Assembly (NCBI RefSeq): GCF_001194135.2
Contig: NC_068981.1
Coordinates: forward strand, 130,320,709-130,363,066
Direction of reading: 5' to 3'
DNA from: Octopus bimaculoides
Taxonomy: Eukaryota
DNA: 42,358 nt
Numbering within the stretch: position 1 is the stretch's first letter; each line of letters opens with the position of its first letter. Shown in pieces: positions 1 to 12,350 of the stretch. A program made the translations under genes and the position numbers. The notes under the pieces were generated by a model that made no database searches, was not told the origin of the DNA, and saw only the letters and a list, made by a program, of their open reading frames with translations.

Positions 1-404
1 ACCCCAATGGCCGGTGGTCTATAACCTCTTTTCAAAAACACATGGAGAAAAGGTCTCATTCCATTTTGAAGAGAGGCTATTGGTCCTCATGGTTAATAGT
101 TATCACCAAGCCAACATGGCAGTCCAAAAAAATAGGACGAATGCTGCCGTTGATTAGCTCCAAGAAGCCATCGCTTCTAGCTAGCTATGTGACACACGAA
201 CCTGTGTCCATTATAACCTTCGAACAGGGGAGGTCAGCTGCTTCCCCTTGCTGGTCTGACATCTACAGACTAGTTTCAGGGTGTTTGCCCCTTATCAATA
301 TTACTCAGGTAACCTAATTAAAGTTGTTTAGAATACAGAGTAATTAGGATAAGAAAACAGTGGAAAAAGAACAGAAAGCTATTACCTTTGATGGACACAA
401 AAGC

Positions 405-700
405 ATTCTGTCTCTTTCTGAGTGAAAGGTAGATTGTATGATACTTGTGTATGATGTGCAATGTTGCATAGTAGCAGATGTGTGACAGCTGGAAAGAAAT
501 GAGACAAGCATGCTCTGCTGGATGGATAATATCAGCATACATAAATGACAAATCATAAATGCTTGAAAAACTAGGTATAAGAGAAATGGGATATTGTGTA
601 CAAAAGAGAAGGCTGAGTTGGTATGGGTATTTGATAATCTGGAGGATGACTGATGGCTAAAGAAATACCAAATGGATCTGAGTGAATGGTACCTGTGCTT
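405..700 (+). mobile_element. Decayed RTE-clade LINE ORF2 C-terminal fragment (intronic)
   Basis: Hand translation across stops and frameshifts gives VKGRLYDTCV*CAMLHSS...QLERNETSMLCWM...LGIREMGYCVQKRRLSWYGYL. This resembles the RTE ORF2 C-terminus as I recall it (KGRLYDACVRxAMLHGSETW...LERNEASMLRWM...RRLRWYGHV). Confidence 0.7.
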
Positions 701-853
701 TCTGCAGTTAAGACTAATGAAATTTTAAGTGGATTTATCTGATTTCCACAGTAAAAGAGTTAAGATAAATGTAAAAGTTTTCTTTGTTTCATTTCTTATC
801 AAAATAATGTTAATACTATGAAAAAATAATGAGGTTTAATTTGTCTCTTTCAG

Positions 854-1000
854 ACTTGTCTCAATGATCTTGGATCAGTGTCAGCTAGATTTAAAGATGT
901 TATTGAATTTGGATTTTCACAACTAAGTGCTAGTGCTATTAAACCTCGCATTAAACCACTAGTAGAGGCACTTCTTTCCAGCAATCACAATATAACTGAA
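854..1000 (+). CDS. COG4: COG4 internal exon (first in window; gene starts upstream)
   Basis: Acceptor ttgtctctttcag, donor GAA|gtaagt, 147 nt, phase 0/0. Encodes TCLNDLGSVSARFKDVIEFGFSQLSASAIKPRIKPLVEALLSSNHNITE, matching human COG4 [49 protein letters not shown] (recalled). Confidence 0.93.
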
Positions 1001-1631
1001 GTAAGTCTTGAAGAATTTTTTTAAAAGACTAGTATTTCAATAATATTTTCTTCAGATATCAGCTCAGTTATTATTATCTTTAAATATTCTCAATATATTT
1101 ACTGTCAGTAAAATATAGTCAGTTATCATTTCTGTTGTAGAACAAAAGATAAATTCTAGATATATCTTTATTACTTGCTGAGCAATTTTTTACAAATTTT
1201 ATGTTAAAGAACCAATGAAGAACCTTCTGTGTAATCATTTAACTTATTCAGTAATCAAATCTCCCTCACTGTATCTTTTTAGTTTTGAATCTTAATACAA
1301 ATACCAGCTGGGTACCTGGCATGAATAAGAGTACCAAAAAACTGCAATATTAAAGGAGTTGAAAAGAACAGTTGCATTATCCTTTGCAAAGGTCAACAAG
1401 GGATAAGTTCAGACCTTAGGTAAAGGGATCTGTTCGAAAAATATATTACTCTCTATCCAATGCTGGTACAATCAGCAATATGTCTGCAACTTGTTCAAGG
1501 AGGTATGGCGCTGGAAGCACAAAGGATGTTTGTCCCAGGACAACGGAGCAGAAAGATCCTGGGGACTCTACCCCAATGAACCTCCCAGGAATAGTGGGTG
1601 GAGATGGATGGATGGAATCTCAGGACGACAT

Positions 1632-2036
1632 CTTTTATATTTTGCTTGTTTCAGTCATTTAACTGTCGCCATGCTGGGGCACTGTCTTGAAGGGTTTTAG
1701 TCGAACAAATCAATCCCAGGTCTTGTTTTTTTTCTTTTTAAGCCTAGTAGTTATTTCATCGATCTCTTTTGTCGAACTGCTAAGTTACATGACAAACACA
1801 CTAACACCAGTTATCAAGTTGTGGAGGGGTACAAACACAGACACAAAGACATTCCCTGTTCCCACACGCATACAAAGGGCTTCTTTCAGTTTACATCTAT
1901 CAAATCCACTCACTAGGCTTTGGTTGCACCAAGGCTATAGTAGAAGACATTTGCCCAAGGTGCCACATAGTGGGACTGAACCCAGAGCCATGTGGTTGGG
2001 AAGCAAGCTTCTTACCTCAGAGCCATTCCTGCACCT
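1632..2036 (-). mobile_element. tRNA-derived SINE, family A, full length
   Basis: Reverse complement of the element at 6427-6854: tail gtttcagtcatt at the left end, head ttaccacacagccattcctgcacct-like at the right end. Confidence 0.9.
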
Positions 2037-2185
2037 ATATTCCCAAGGAAGATTAAATGGTCATTACTAGAACACTAATTATATGGGGTTATTCATTAGA
2101 TTAATTTCTGCAGTTTAAGTCTTTCTGCATTTAAGACTGTGCTCAAAACATTGTGAAATATTTTGCTTGTTTTTTTATGTTCCAG

Positions 2186-2269
2186 GATGAATTTTCAAAT
2201 TATGAAGCAAATGATCCATGGATCCAAAATTTTATTCTGAACTTAGATGGAATGTTAGTCAGCTTTAAG
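2186..2269 (+). CDS. COG4: COG4 exon
   Basis: ttttttatgttccag|GAT...AAG|gtaact, 84 nt. Encodes DEFSNYEANDPWIQNFILNLDGMLVSFK (human [28 protein letters not shown]). Confidence 0.96.
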
Positions 2270-2511
2270 GTAACTATTAATTTTACTGATTGGTTGAGTA
2301 GTGAGTTCAGAGAAGCATTTTTTGGTTACATCGAAACTGGTCTCCAAACTGCTTTACCAAATGAAGACAAGCATGTGAACATCCAGGAGGATTAAAAATA
2401 ACAAAACTTCTCAGAGGTGGATGAACTCTTTGAGAGTCAATAGCAGCCATATCCTGAGAAGGAAATGGATGCCACTAGGGTTACCAAACTTAGTGAAATA
2501 CTTGAATGGAA

Positions 2512-2712
2512 GTTACACTAGTATTTAATTCTATACTTGACTAGTTGGGGCTTGGATTTATAAAGAAAACCCAAGATTGTTACACTAGTATTTAATTCTA
2601 TACTTGACTAGTTGGGGCTTGGATTTATAAAGAAAACCCAAGATTGTTACGCTAGTATTTAATTCTATACTTGACTAGTTGGGGCTTGGATTTATAAAGA
2701 AAACCCAAGATT
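2512..2712. repeat. 67-bp tandem repeat x3 (intronic)
   Basis: Unit gttacactagtatttaattctatacttgactagttggggcttggatttataaagaaaacccaagatt starts at 2512, 2579 and 2646. Only one substitution is seen (a>g in copy 3). Confidence 0.95.
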
Positions 2713-3403
2713 AAGTGGTATTGAAAAGATTATTTAAAAACAAAAGAAGTTCCCTAAAGGCAGAAACGCTACAGGAATGACTTAATAATAAAGACTCCCT
2801 ACATGTTATCTACAACTATGTAAACTGATATGTGTAGAGTTAAGGGCTTTGTTCAGAGACTTAAAAAAATGTACAGCAGATTTGAACTTAGCATCTATGA
2901 CGACAATCATACTTTATCCATCTGACAGTTTTATGTTTATTGGTTTTATTTGTTAAAGTATAAGTTTAACATTTCAATGAAACCTACTACAGTTATACAG
3001 GAGTAATATAATAAATGCTTTTTAGGTTGTCCCCTTGAGTATCCTTATTTTGTTTTTATTTCAAGAGCTTGAAGCAAATAAATAAATCTTCCTCTGGACA
3101 GAGCTCTAGTCTGTTGCTGGTAACATTCCCAGATGTTATGGTGCCTAATCCTAGGACAACTAAGTGAACTGAGCTGATATACAAAAAAGTCTTCTGTTTG
3201 AAAAACAAAACAAAGGCCAGCACTGGATTTGAACACAAGGCCTGTTTTCTCACTTCCATTTGCAACTAGTAGTGCTTTTAATTTTGTTGAATGTTATATA
3301 TTCATGATTTACTCTGTTTCTTTTGTTTTTTGAAAAAAAGATCTTTAATTGAATGGAATTATCTCTATTATTATTATTAAATGTTGTTCTGTTATTATTA
3401 CAG

Positions 3404-3505
3404 GCTAGCTTCACAGTGAACAACTATGACAGGTTTGTAGGTGCTGTCACAAATGAGATCACTGCACAGCTGGAGAAAACTGTTTTGAAAACCACTTTCA
3501 ATAGA
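3404..3505 (+). CDS. COG4: COG4 exon
   Basis: ttattacag|GCT...AGA|gtaagt, 102 nt. Encodes ASFTVNNYDRFVGAVTNEITAQLEKTVLKTTFNR (human [34 protein letters not shown]). Confidence 0.95.
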
Positions 3506-4173
3506 GTAAGTCTTTACATAATGAAAAATTTTTTCTGAGTTTCAAGGCAACTAACTCATCATCATTATCAAATCCACCACTACCACCACCACCACCTCCA
3601 CCACCACCCTTATTGTATTCATAATAGATATTGTAATATAGTGGAAATGATGCATATTTCTCACTTGGTGCATCAAAAAAGAGTAGAGTGAAGAATGTAA
3701 CAAGTTATAATGTGTATACTTTTCCCAAGGTTACTAGTGATGAAAGTGTAGTAGTTTCCTCTGCTGACTTGGTTCATCAAAGTCTTACTAGTATCAGGTA
3801 TTATAATGTTTGGGACAATGGAGTATGACTATTTGATACTCAACTATAAGTTTTCTTCAATAAATTACCTAAAATCTTTATGGGATGTCTCTATATCCTT
3901 AATTTAAACATCTTGTATCACTTTCTTTCCTATAGATATTCAGTACTTTGAATATTCCAAGAAAATGATAATTTTCTTTAGACTCATTTTTATTCAATCC
4001 ATGCATGGGTCACTCTTGAATGGAAGAATAAATGTTAAAACAATCATGATGAAGATCAATCGTATGTAACCATCACCATATTAAAGCAGAGCCTTAACAC
4101 TAGCAAAACCTTTCCAGTTGAGAAGTGGTTGAAGTGTATATAAGAATACAATGTGTAATGTGTCCTTTCTTAA

Positions 4174-4394
4174 CCCTTTCATTACCAACCCGGCTGAAAC
4201 TGGCTCTGACTCTGAATATAAATGTCATGTTATCATAAGTTTTGAATTAAAATCTTCCACCAAACTTTAGTCACAATTTATGTTCCTAACACTAGCTGAA
4301 TTATAACTAAGTTATTTTACTAAATTATTTGTTATATTTAAAGTAATTGAAAGAAACTCAGATAAAACTCAAAATAAATACTGTAGTGAAAGGG
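4174..4394. mobile_element. piggyBac-type MITE
   Basis: TTAA at 4170-4173 and 4395-4398. TIRs CCCTTTCATTAC / GTAGTGAAAGGG. Same family as 19924-20160. Confidence 0.85.
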
Positions 4395-4784
4395 TTAAAG
4401 TGTGATTTGAATGAGATTTTACTGTTACCTTTAGCTGGTGTAGCATGCTTCTAGAGGCTGCCTTATAGGTTTCTGTTGAAGTGGTTTAAGTCATTGGCTT
4501 TCACAAATAGCCTGAATGATTTTGTTGAATATTGTGAATTGTACTGAATGTCTTCATATTTCCCAACCAAGCAGGACAGTTGCAGCTTGGATGGTTCTCT
4601 TAATTTATTCCTGCTTTTATGATTTGTCCAGCACTCTAGGGTAGTAGCAAGCCTAATCCATGGCTTAGAACTTGTATCCTCTTTACTTATCTTTGACAGT
4701 ACCAAAATTAAGTACATCTGGAAGTAGACATGCTATATCTAGTGTAAAATATTGCAGTTTAAAATAGATCAGTTTTGATAGAGC

Positions 4785-4915
4785 AGTCTTAAGATCAAAA
4801 GTATTCTGGCCAAGACCATCTTATCTTTTCTACCTTTCTACATTATCCAATGTATCATTTTAAAGATGATTTGGTGTAATTTGAAGGTGATTAGGCTGCT
4901 GTTTCCATGTAGAGG
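4785..4915. mobile_element. Old interspersed repeat fragment, family E (gatcaaa.gcattc..gccatgaccatc motif)
   Basis: The same motif recurs at ~11390-11580, ~18780-18850, ~20820-20890, ~22340-22560, ~25700-25860 and ~37540-37660. Boundaries are approximate. Confidence 0.6.
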
Positions 4916-4990
4916 CTTTCTTGTCATGTTACGAATATAATGTATTGTTATACTGAATGTAATATCAGATGTTTACCTGTTAAATTTCAG

Positions 4991-5119
4991 TTGGGTGGTT
5001 TGCAGTTTGATAAAGAATTGAGAGCATTAGCGAGTTATTTGACTTCTGTAACAACATGGACTATTCGTGATAAATTTGCTCGTCTCACACAGATGGCCAC
5101 CATACTGAATTTGGAACGG
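4991..5119 (+). CDS. COG4: COG4 exon
   Basis: taaatttcag|TTG...CGG|gtaagt, 129 nt. Encodes [43 protein letters not shown], nearly identical to human COG4. Confidence 0.98.
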
Positions 5120-6106
5120 GTAAGTAATGGAGAGTATTTTCTTTTGAAATGTTTTAATGTTTGTGATGTTTGTAGAATGGGCCTAGCAATAGAGAAAAGG
5201 AATATTTAATTCATTGAATAAAGAGAATTATATGTAATTTTATTACTTTCTTGAATTATTAAAATAATTGGCAGTGTGTCTACATCTCTCTGTTTGTCCA
5301 ACCTCCAAATTAAAAAAATTCTGATCTTATTGAATTTATCTCCTTTCCTTACCATATACTAAATAGTGTGTTACTTGTCATATGAAAGGTAGTTGGGAAT
5401 GTACATACTTTTGTCATTGTTGATGGTATTTGATATTGTTATATCTGTAGTTATTTGATAGTTACACAGTATTATTGTTATCAATAACATTTTTATTGCA
5501 ACTATACAAATGAGAAATTTGTTTTAACTTATTTCAGTTTAATGAATATTTTGAAAATTAGTATTAGTTTTATTAATTTGCATAATCACTATGAAAATTT
5601 TTTAAAGGAAAGTAAAATTATAATTATTATACTTATGGAACATTATCTGTCAGTGGCAAAGGTGTATGCCAGACATTATCTGTTATATGATGGGTAACAT
5701 TCCAGTGTAAAAAGAAAAAAATATTGATTTCTTTGAAGAAGTCAAAGGCTAATTCTTGTAGAGGAGAGCGCTTCAGTTAACTGAACTGTCTCCAAAATTT
5801 TAGAGATATCTATTTTATCTGTACTGTATAAATGAAAAGCACAAATCAAAACCTGCTAGAATTTGAATTCCAAATGTAGAAGAATAAAACTAAATTCCAT
5901 ACCATATTTGGTTGTATGTTTCACTGTACTTGTACATAATTTATTAGAGTGTAGCTATTAATTAACTTGCCACATCATCTGTTAGAGTGTAGAGTGGCTG
6001 TGTGGTAAGTAGCTTGCGGGTTCAGTCCCACTGCGTGGCACCTTGGGCAAGTCAGTCAACCTGAGTGGAGTTTTGACTCAAAACAAAAGAAGATGACATG
6101 ATTTAA

Positions 6107-6321
6107 CCCTTTATCATTCAAACCAGCCATATCCAGCCCAAATATTCTACCTGTTTTATATTGAGACTAGCCAGATCAAGCCTCTCACACCTACTCTACA
6201 ATACCATTCTAAAAGTAAGCTCCCACATCTTCAAAATCCCAAAGCTATGAGATAATACTTGATTACTTCAAACCAATGTGAATGAATGACAATTTGACTG
6301 AGTAATCCGAATGCTCAAAGG
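6107..6321. mobile_element. piggyBac-type MITE, second family
   Basis: TTAA at 6103-6106 and 6322-6325. Ends CCCTTTATCATT / AATGCTCAAAGG. A reverse-oriented relative lies at ~16802-17023. Confidence 0.8.
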
Positions 6322-6426
6322 TTAATACTGCAAGGCATTTAGTCATTCACTCTACGATTTTTGCCCTTCCTTCATCCTCCCATAATGTAAATATTTAATA
6401 AAAAATTTTCCAGAGGTAAATGACGT

Positions 6427-6590
6427 AGGCGCAGGAGTGGTTGTGTGGTAAGTAGCTTGCTTACCAACCACATGGTTCTGGGTTCATTCCCACTGTGTGG
6501 CACCTTGGGCAAGTGTCTTCTACTATAGTCTCGGGCCAACCAAAGCCTTGTGAGTGGATTTGGTAGACAGAAGACTGAAAGAAGCCCGTC

Positions 6591-6643
<53 letters not shown>

Positions 6644-6854
6644 TTGTGTGTCTGTGTTTGTCCCTCCCAATATCGCTTGACAACCGATGCTGGGGTGTAT
6701 ACGTCCCCGTAACTTAGCGCTTCGGCAAAAGAAACCGATAGAATAAGTACTAGGCTTACAAAGAATAAGTCCTGGGGTCGATTTGCTCGACTAAAGGCGG
6801 TGCTCCAGCATGGCCACAGTCAAATGACTGAAACAAGTGAAAGAGTAAAGAGTA
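6427..6854 (+). mobile_element. tRNA-derived SINE, family A, young full-length copy
   Basis: A-box-like TGGTTGTGTGG (6438), B-box-like GGTTCATTCCC (6481), central (TA)n, tail gactgaaacaagt..aagagta. Many CpGs are retained. More than a dozen related copies occur in the window. Confidence 0.93.
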
Positions 6855-7091
6855 GGTGAATATTTTTAACACCCACAAATGGCATGCATTTGTGAAAAGT
6901 CAGAGTTAATTAAATTGATTTCAGTATTTGACTGGTGCTACTTTTATTTAGATCAGAGGATAAAAAAAGTGACCCCTGCAAGATTTGAACTCACAATGTG
7001 AAGGCATATAACTAAATTATATGAAGTCATTTTGTCTATTACTCTGTCTATCATTCTTCTAGATGTAAATATTAATAGTGAGTGAAGCACC

Positions 7092-7263
7092 CATACTGGT
7101 ACCACTTAAATGCACCAGTGCCAGTGCTGCGTAAAATGAGTTAGTGTTAGGAAGGGCATCCAGCCAAAATAGACATGGATCCTCAGCAGGTCTTCAGCTG
7201 GCCAGCTCCTGTCAAACCATCCAACCCATGCCAGCATGGAAAACACTTTAAATGATGATGATG
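7092..7263 (+). mobile_element. (GAT)n-tailed retroposon, family C, 3' fragment
   Basis: Contains ttaggaagggcatccagc...ccaacccatgccagcatggaaa...aaatgatgatgatg. Confidence 0.8.
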
Positions 7264-7890
7264 TACTGGGAAATGTGTATTAATAGTGAATCTATTAAAG
7301 TTAAGTGGTGAAAGTAAATATTGACAATATATTAATAATAGTGGAACTCTGAGAGGATAATATTAATATTAGTGGAAAGATATATCTGAAGATTATCTGC
7401 TTGGTGTAACAGTAAATAAACTCCAGCCACCAGTGTATTGCTGGAGCTTATTGGTAGTCTATGTTCTTACTCTTTTGTTGACTAAGCTTTATTTCTAAAT
7501 GGTATGATATAACCAGGCTATTGTGAGAGTATAGATCGATTATTTTCTGTTGTCAATATTATTTAGTTGTCTATTGAAATACAATAACTTTAGCTCTTAC
7601 CTTTATCTTAACTTTATATAGCATTTGTGGGTGTTAGCTTGTTTTCTTGTTAGCCATCTGGGATAAGCTAGGTATGTTTTGCTAGATAGATGGCAATGAC
7701 ATCTTCATCAGTGTGCAAAACTGAGGCAAGTATAATTGTTTTTGATCTTTAAAAATAAGATTAAATTAATTCAGCTGGCAATTATTCTCCTGACTCATGA
7801 ATCGGGAGCCCTGATCTGTTGCTACCCCTGTATTGCCATTGAAGTCAGTGATTTTTCTCTGATATCTACTCATTAAAATATCAACAGTAA

Positions 7891-8076
<186 letters not shown>

Positions 8077-8434
8077 TAAGTTTGTTTGATTTAGCATAAC
8101 AATTTTTGTTTTGTATTTAATGAACTGACAATTTATGCTGGTTTTGAATCTGTGATGGTGATTATGGAGGTGATGGTGGTAATGTTAGTCAGGGCAGATG
8201 TAAGCCAATTGATAGTTGCTGTAATTAGATGCACTCTGAAATATTTAGGACTTGGACAAGAACTCTTACAAAACACAAAGATCTTTTTGCAAAGCATGAA
8301 ATATAGTCTATTAACTTGATTCCAATAGTATGTTAGCTGGTACCTATTTTGTCAGTTCAGAAAGAATCATAAACAGAGTTAACTTTGGCCGGATTTGGAT
8401 TCAGAATCTAAGACCTAATACTAAGTATTTTTTA

Positions 8435-8819
8435 ATCTTTTACTTGTTTTGGTCATTAGACTGCAGCCATGCTGGTGCACCACCTTGAAGAATTTTTAGG
8501 TGAATGAATCAACTCCACCACTTATTTTGCCTTTTAAGTCTGGTACTTATTCTATCAGCCTCATTTGCTGAACCGCTAAATTACAAGGACATAAATGCAC
8601 CAACACTAGTTGTCATGTAGTGGTAAGGGACAAACACACTCACACACACACATACATGTGATGGGATCCTTTCAGTTTCTGTTTACCAAATGCACTCACA
8701 AGACTTTAGTTGGCCTAAGGCTATAGTAGAAGACACTTGCCCAAAGTATCACACTGGGACTGAACCCAGAACTATGTGGTTTGGAAGCAAGCTTCTTAAT
8801 ACATAGCTGTGTTGGCACT
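8435..8819 (-). mobile_element. SINE family A
   Basis: Reverse-complement match to 6427-6854 over the whole length. Confidence 0.88.
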
Positions 8820-9467
8820 TATTACGAAGTCTTACTTATGTTTGACTACTTTTTCAAATTATGTCTCCTATTGATTATGACAGTGATATTCAGTTCTTCA
8901 ATCATCTGAACTGCTTACCTGCCTATTGAATTAGTATGTTAGTTGCTGATCATTCTACAAACTCATGAGTCCTTAATATAATTCTCAGATGGAATCAGTG
9001 TGACATAGTGGGACAAGGTTGGTGAACCTTTAAATAGTAGGCATGATCTATCTGACAGGCTTTTACATAATTTACTCACTAGGCTCTGGTTGCCCCAAAA
9101 CTATGATTAAAGACACTTCCCTCAAGACACTATACTGTAAGATTGAACCCAAGATCCTGTGATTCCTAAATAATTCATAATTAAAGATATTAACTTTAAG
9201 AATATAGACCTACTAAATTATTATTAAATATATCATCATCATCATCATTGTTTGACCAGAGCTGGCAAGCCAGAGAGCTACACCAGGTTCCAATCTGATT
9301 TGGCTTGGTTTCTACAGCTGGATGACCTTCCTAATACCAACCACTCTGCAGACTATTCTGAGTGAATTTTATGTCACACCGGCATGGGAGTCACTATGTG
9401 GTGCCAACACAGGTGCTTTTTACATGGAACTGGTTGGATTAAATAGATTATAAATGATTTAACATAT

Positions 9468-10095
9468 CATCATACATCCGTTTTCCATGCTGGCATGGGT
9501 TGGATGGTTAAACCGAGGCCTGGCAAGCCAGTAGGCTGCACCAGGCTCCAATCTGATCTGGAAAGGTTTCTACAGCTGGATGCCCTTCCTAACACCAACC
9601 ATTCCAACAGTGTAGTGGGTGCTTTTTATGTGCCACCAGTACAGGAGCCAGTCAGGCAGCACTGGTATCGACCACATTTAGATGGTGCTTTTTACAATCC
9701 ACTGGCACAGGAGCCAGTCAGAGGGCACTGGCATCGACCATGTTCGGATGGTGCTTTTTATGTGCCACCAGCACGGGCACCAGTCAGGTGGCACTGGCAT
9801 CAGCCACAACTATGATTTCCATTTTGATTTTGATCTTGATTTTACTTGACTCAATAGGTCTTCTCAAGCGCAGCACATTGCCAAACAATTCAAGGGTACT
9901 TTTAAATGGGCTAGTTATGCGACACTGGTATCAACCATGGCTGTGATCTCACTTTTCTTGCTGGGTAATTGGCTACAATTCAATTTCACTTGACTCAACA
10001 GGTCTTCTCAAGCGCAGCGTATTGTCCAACAATTCAAGGGTACTTTTAAATGGGCTGGTTATGCAACACTGGTATAGGCCACGGCTGTGATCTCA
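9468..10095 (-). mobile_element. Family C retroposon, long copy with internal tandem repeats
   Basis: (CAT)n tail at the left. Three ~66-bp units start at 9619, 9685 and 9751. Two ~110-bp units start at ~9842 and ~9987. A shorter minus-strand copy lies at ~9235-9425. Confidence 0.85.
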
Positions 10096-10584
10096 TTATA
10101 ATACATTTATACGTGTGTTATACATGTGAATTGGCAGAGTTGATAGAAGGTTATATACAATGCCATGTGGTATTTGTTCACATTCTCTGTTTTCTGAGGT
10201 CAAATTGTGCTGAGGTTAACTTTGCTTTTCACCCTTTCAGGGTTGATAACAAAATTCCAATCCTGGATTGTAAATTGGCAGAACTGTTAGACTTTCAGGT
10301 GATATACCTTGTAGTATCTGTTCTGATCCTTTCTGTTCTAACAGCAATGCCTGTGACAATGGAATCCTTTTCCTCAAACAACATCAGTGGCATGGAGAGG
10401 GGAGGTTGCCATTTATGGGTAACAAAGAAAAAAAACCCTAATCAGAGCTGTACATCTGGATGTAGATGAATGGTTGACCCTAATCAAAGAAGACTTCTTC
10501 CCTAAATAATTAAACCTTGTGAGTGGATTTGCTAGATGGAAGCTGAAAAAAGCTTCTCATATATATATGATGCTACATAAAAAG

Positions 10585-10822
10585 ATCCTGTGCTGGCATC
10601 ATGTAATGGTACCTGTGCTAGTTTCACATAAAAGCCCCTTTGTTGGCGATGCCTAAAAAGCACCCAGCACACTCTGTAAAGTGGTTGGTGTTAGGAAGGG
10701 CATCCAACTGTAGAAACCATGCCAAATCAGACTGGAAGCTGGTACAGCTCTCCTTGCCAGCTCCTGTTGAACCGTCCGACCCATGCCAGCATGGAAAAAT
10801 GGGCGTTAAATGATGATGATGA
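10585..10822 (+). mobile_element. Family C retroposon 3' part
   Basis: aaaaagcacccagcacactctgtaaagtggttggtgttaggaagggcatcc...gggcgttaaatgatgatgatg. Confidence 0.85.
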
Positions 10823-12002
10823 TGCTTTATATACATACACATATATGTATGTGTGTGTTTTTGTGCTTGTGTGTATCGACATGGTGTTTGTAAATGAGCT
10901 TCATTGTCATACATGTGAAGTGTTCATTTCCAGTCTTTTTGTGAAAAACGTGTCTAGCTATGGGAAAATATTAACTTGCTTGGAAACAGGTGAGGGTTGG
11001 TGACAAGAAGGTCATCTGGCCATAGAAAAATCTGCCTCAACAAATTCTGTCTGACTTATTGCAAGCATAGAAATGTGAACATTAAAATGATGATGGTGAT
11101 GTTACTGATAATGTACAGTGAAAGAACTTGTTGTTGCAGAAGTGTCTTATTACAGTATAACTCTCTGTGGCTGTCTGTTGAGGCTTATGTCAGTGTGGAA
11201 TTTGCTTGAGATATATAATGTCAGTTGTTTGACAACCATAAAGTCATAGTTTCTGTATAATATTTATCTATTTGGTAATTCGCAAGATAGGTCACCATAG
11301 AAACCAAACTCACCAGTCCAGTACTTTAGGCATGACGAGTCAAATGAGATGTTTAGCATATTGAACAACATACATTTTCTTTGTTGTTGTTCATCCCCAG
11401 GTCACCTCTGATAGAATAAGACTTATGATCAAAAGCATTCATGCCATGACCATCCCATATTATTTTTTCAGACAGTGTTGTTGTTTTTTTTAAAAATATA
11501 GTGAGGTTTTATTCAAGGAAGATTTTGCTACTATTTTCAGCAGTTTGAGGGACCATATAGAGGTTAACCTCATTGGCTCATTGTTTGCTGAAACTCAAAA
11601 TATCCAATATGTCTTTAAAGGTGTTTAGGACTTGGCTGCTACATTATGAAGATCAAGCAGCTATGTAGAAGCTTCTTTATGGTTTTTAACATTAGAATAG
11701 TTTATGCAATATTTTCCAGCAAGCAAGTTGAATCTTGCAGACAAAATTTACTGCCAAAAAAGGTAGATGACTTCGGAGGGTCAAAGATTCTATGTGAAAT
11801 GGCACAGGATTTGGAAGGATAGTGATGATATTTGAATGTTTACCCTACATGTTTACACTATATGTTCTGTCAACTTGTATACTGAAAAATATGGTACATG
11901 TAAAATTTGGAATAATTTGGACACAAACCGAACATTGTTATTTTACCTGAAGAGTCTATGCGTCAGTAAACTGTGAATATATATATAGATAGTTTCTTTT
12001 AT

Positions 12003-12350
12003 AAAACATCGTTGCCAGTACCGCCTGACTGACCTTCGTAGGATTTTCGAGCGAGATCGTTGCCAGTGCTCCTGGACTGGCTCTTGTGCGGGTGGCACAT
12101 AAAATACACCATTTTGAGCGTGGCCGTTGCCAGTACCGCCTGACTGGCCTTCGTGCAGGTGACACGTAAAAGCACCCACTACACTCTCTGAGTGGTTGGC
12201 ATTAGGAAGGGCATCCAGCTGTAGAAACTCTGCCAAATCAGATTGGAGCCTGGTGTTGCCATCTGGTTTCACCAGTCCTCAGTTGAATCGTCCAACCCAT
12301 GCTAGCATGGAAAGGGGACGTTAAACGATGATGATGATGATGATGATGAT
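12003..12350 (+). mobile_element. Family C retroposon, young CpG-rich subfamily
   Basis: Internal repeat cgttgccagtaccgcctgactg occurs twice. Tail ccaacccatgctagcatggaaag.ggacgttaaacgatgatgatg. An older copy follows immediately (~12352-12645). Confidence 0.88.

Noticed and set aside
1-320. Possible interspersed repeat (also ~1300-1630)
   Set aside because: It looks repeat-like but has no second copy, TIR, TSD or recognisable protein motif in this window.
2270-2395. ORF extension beyond the 2269 donor (VTINFTDW...IQED*)
   Set aside because: COG4 similarity stops exactly at AAG|gtaact and resumes at 3404, so this is intron read-through. The same holds for ORFs 3353-3538 and 4940-5209.
2512-2712. 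CRISPR-like regular repeat
   Set aside because: The units are contiguous with no spacers, the context is a eukaryotic intron, and there are no cas genes.
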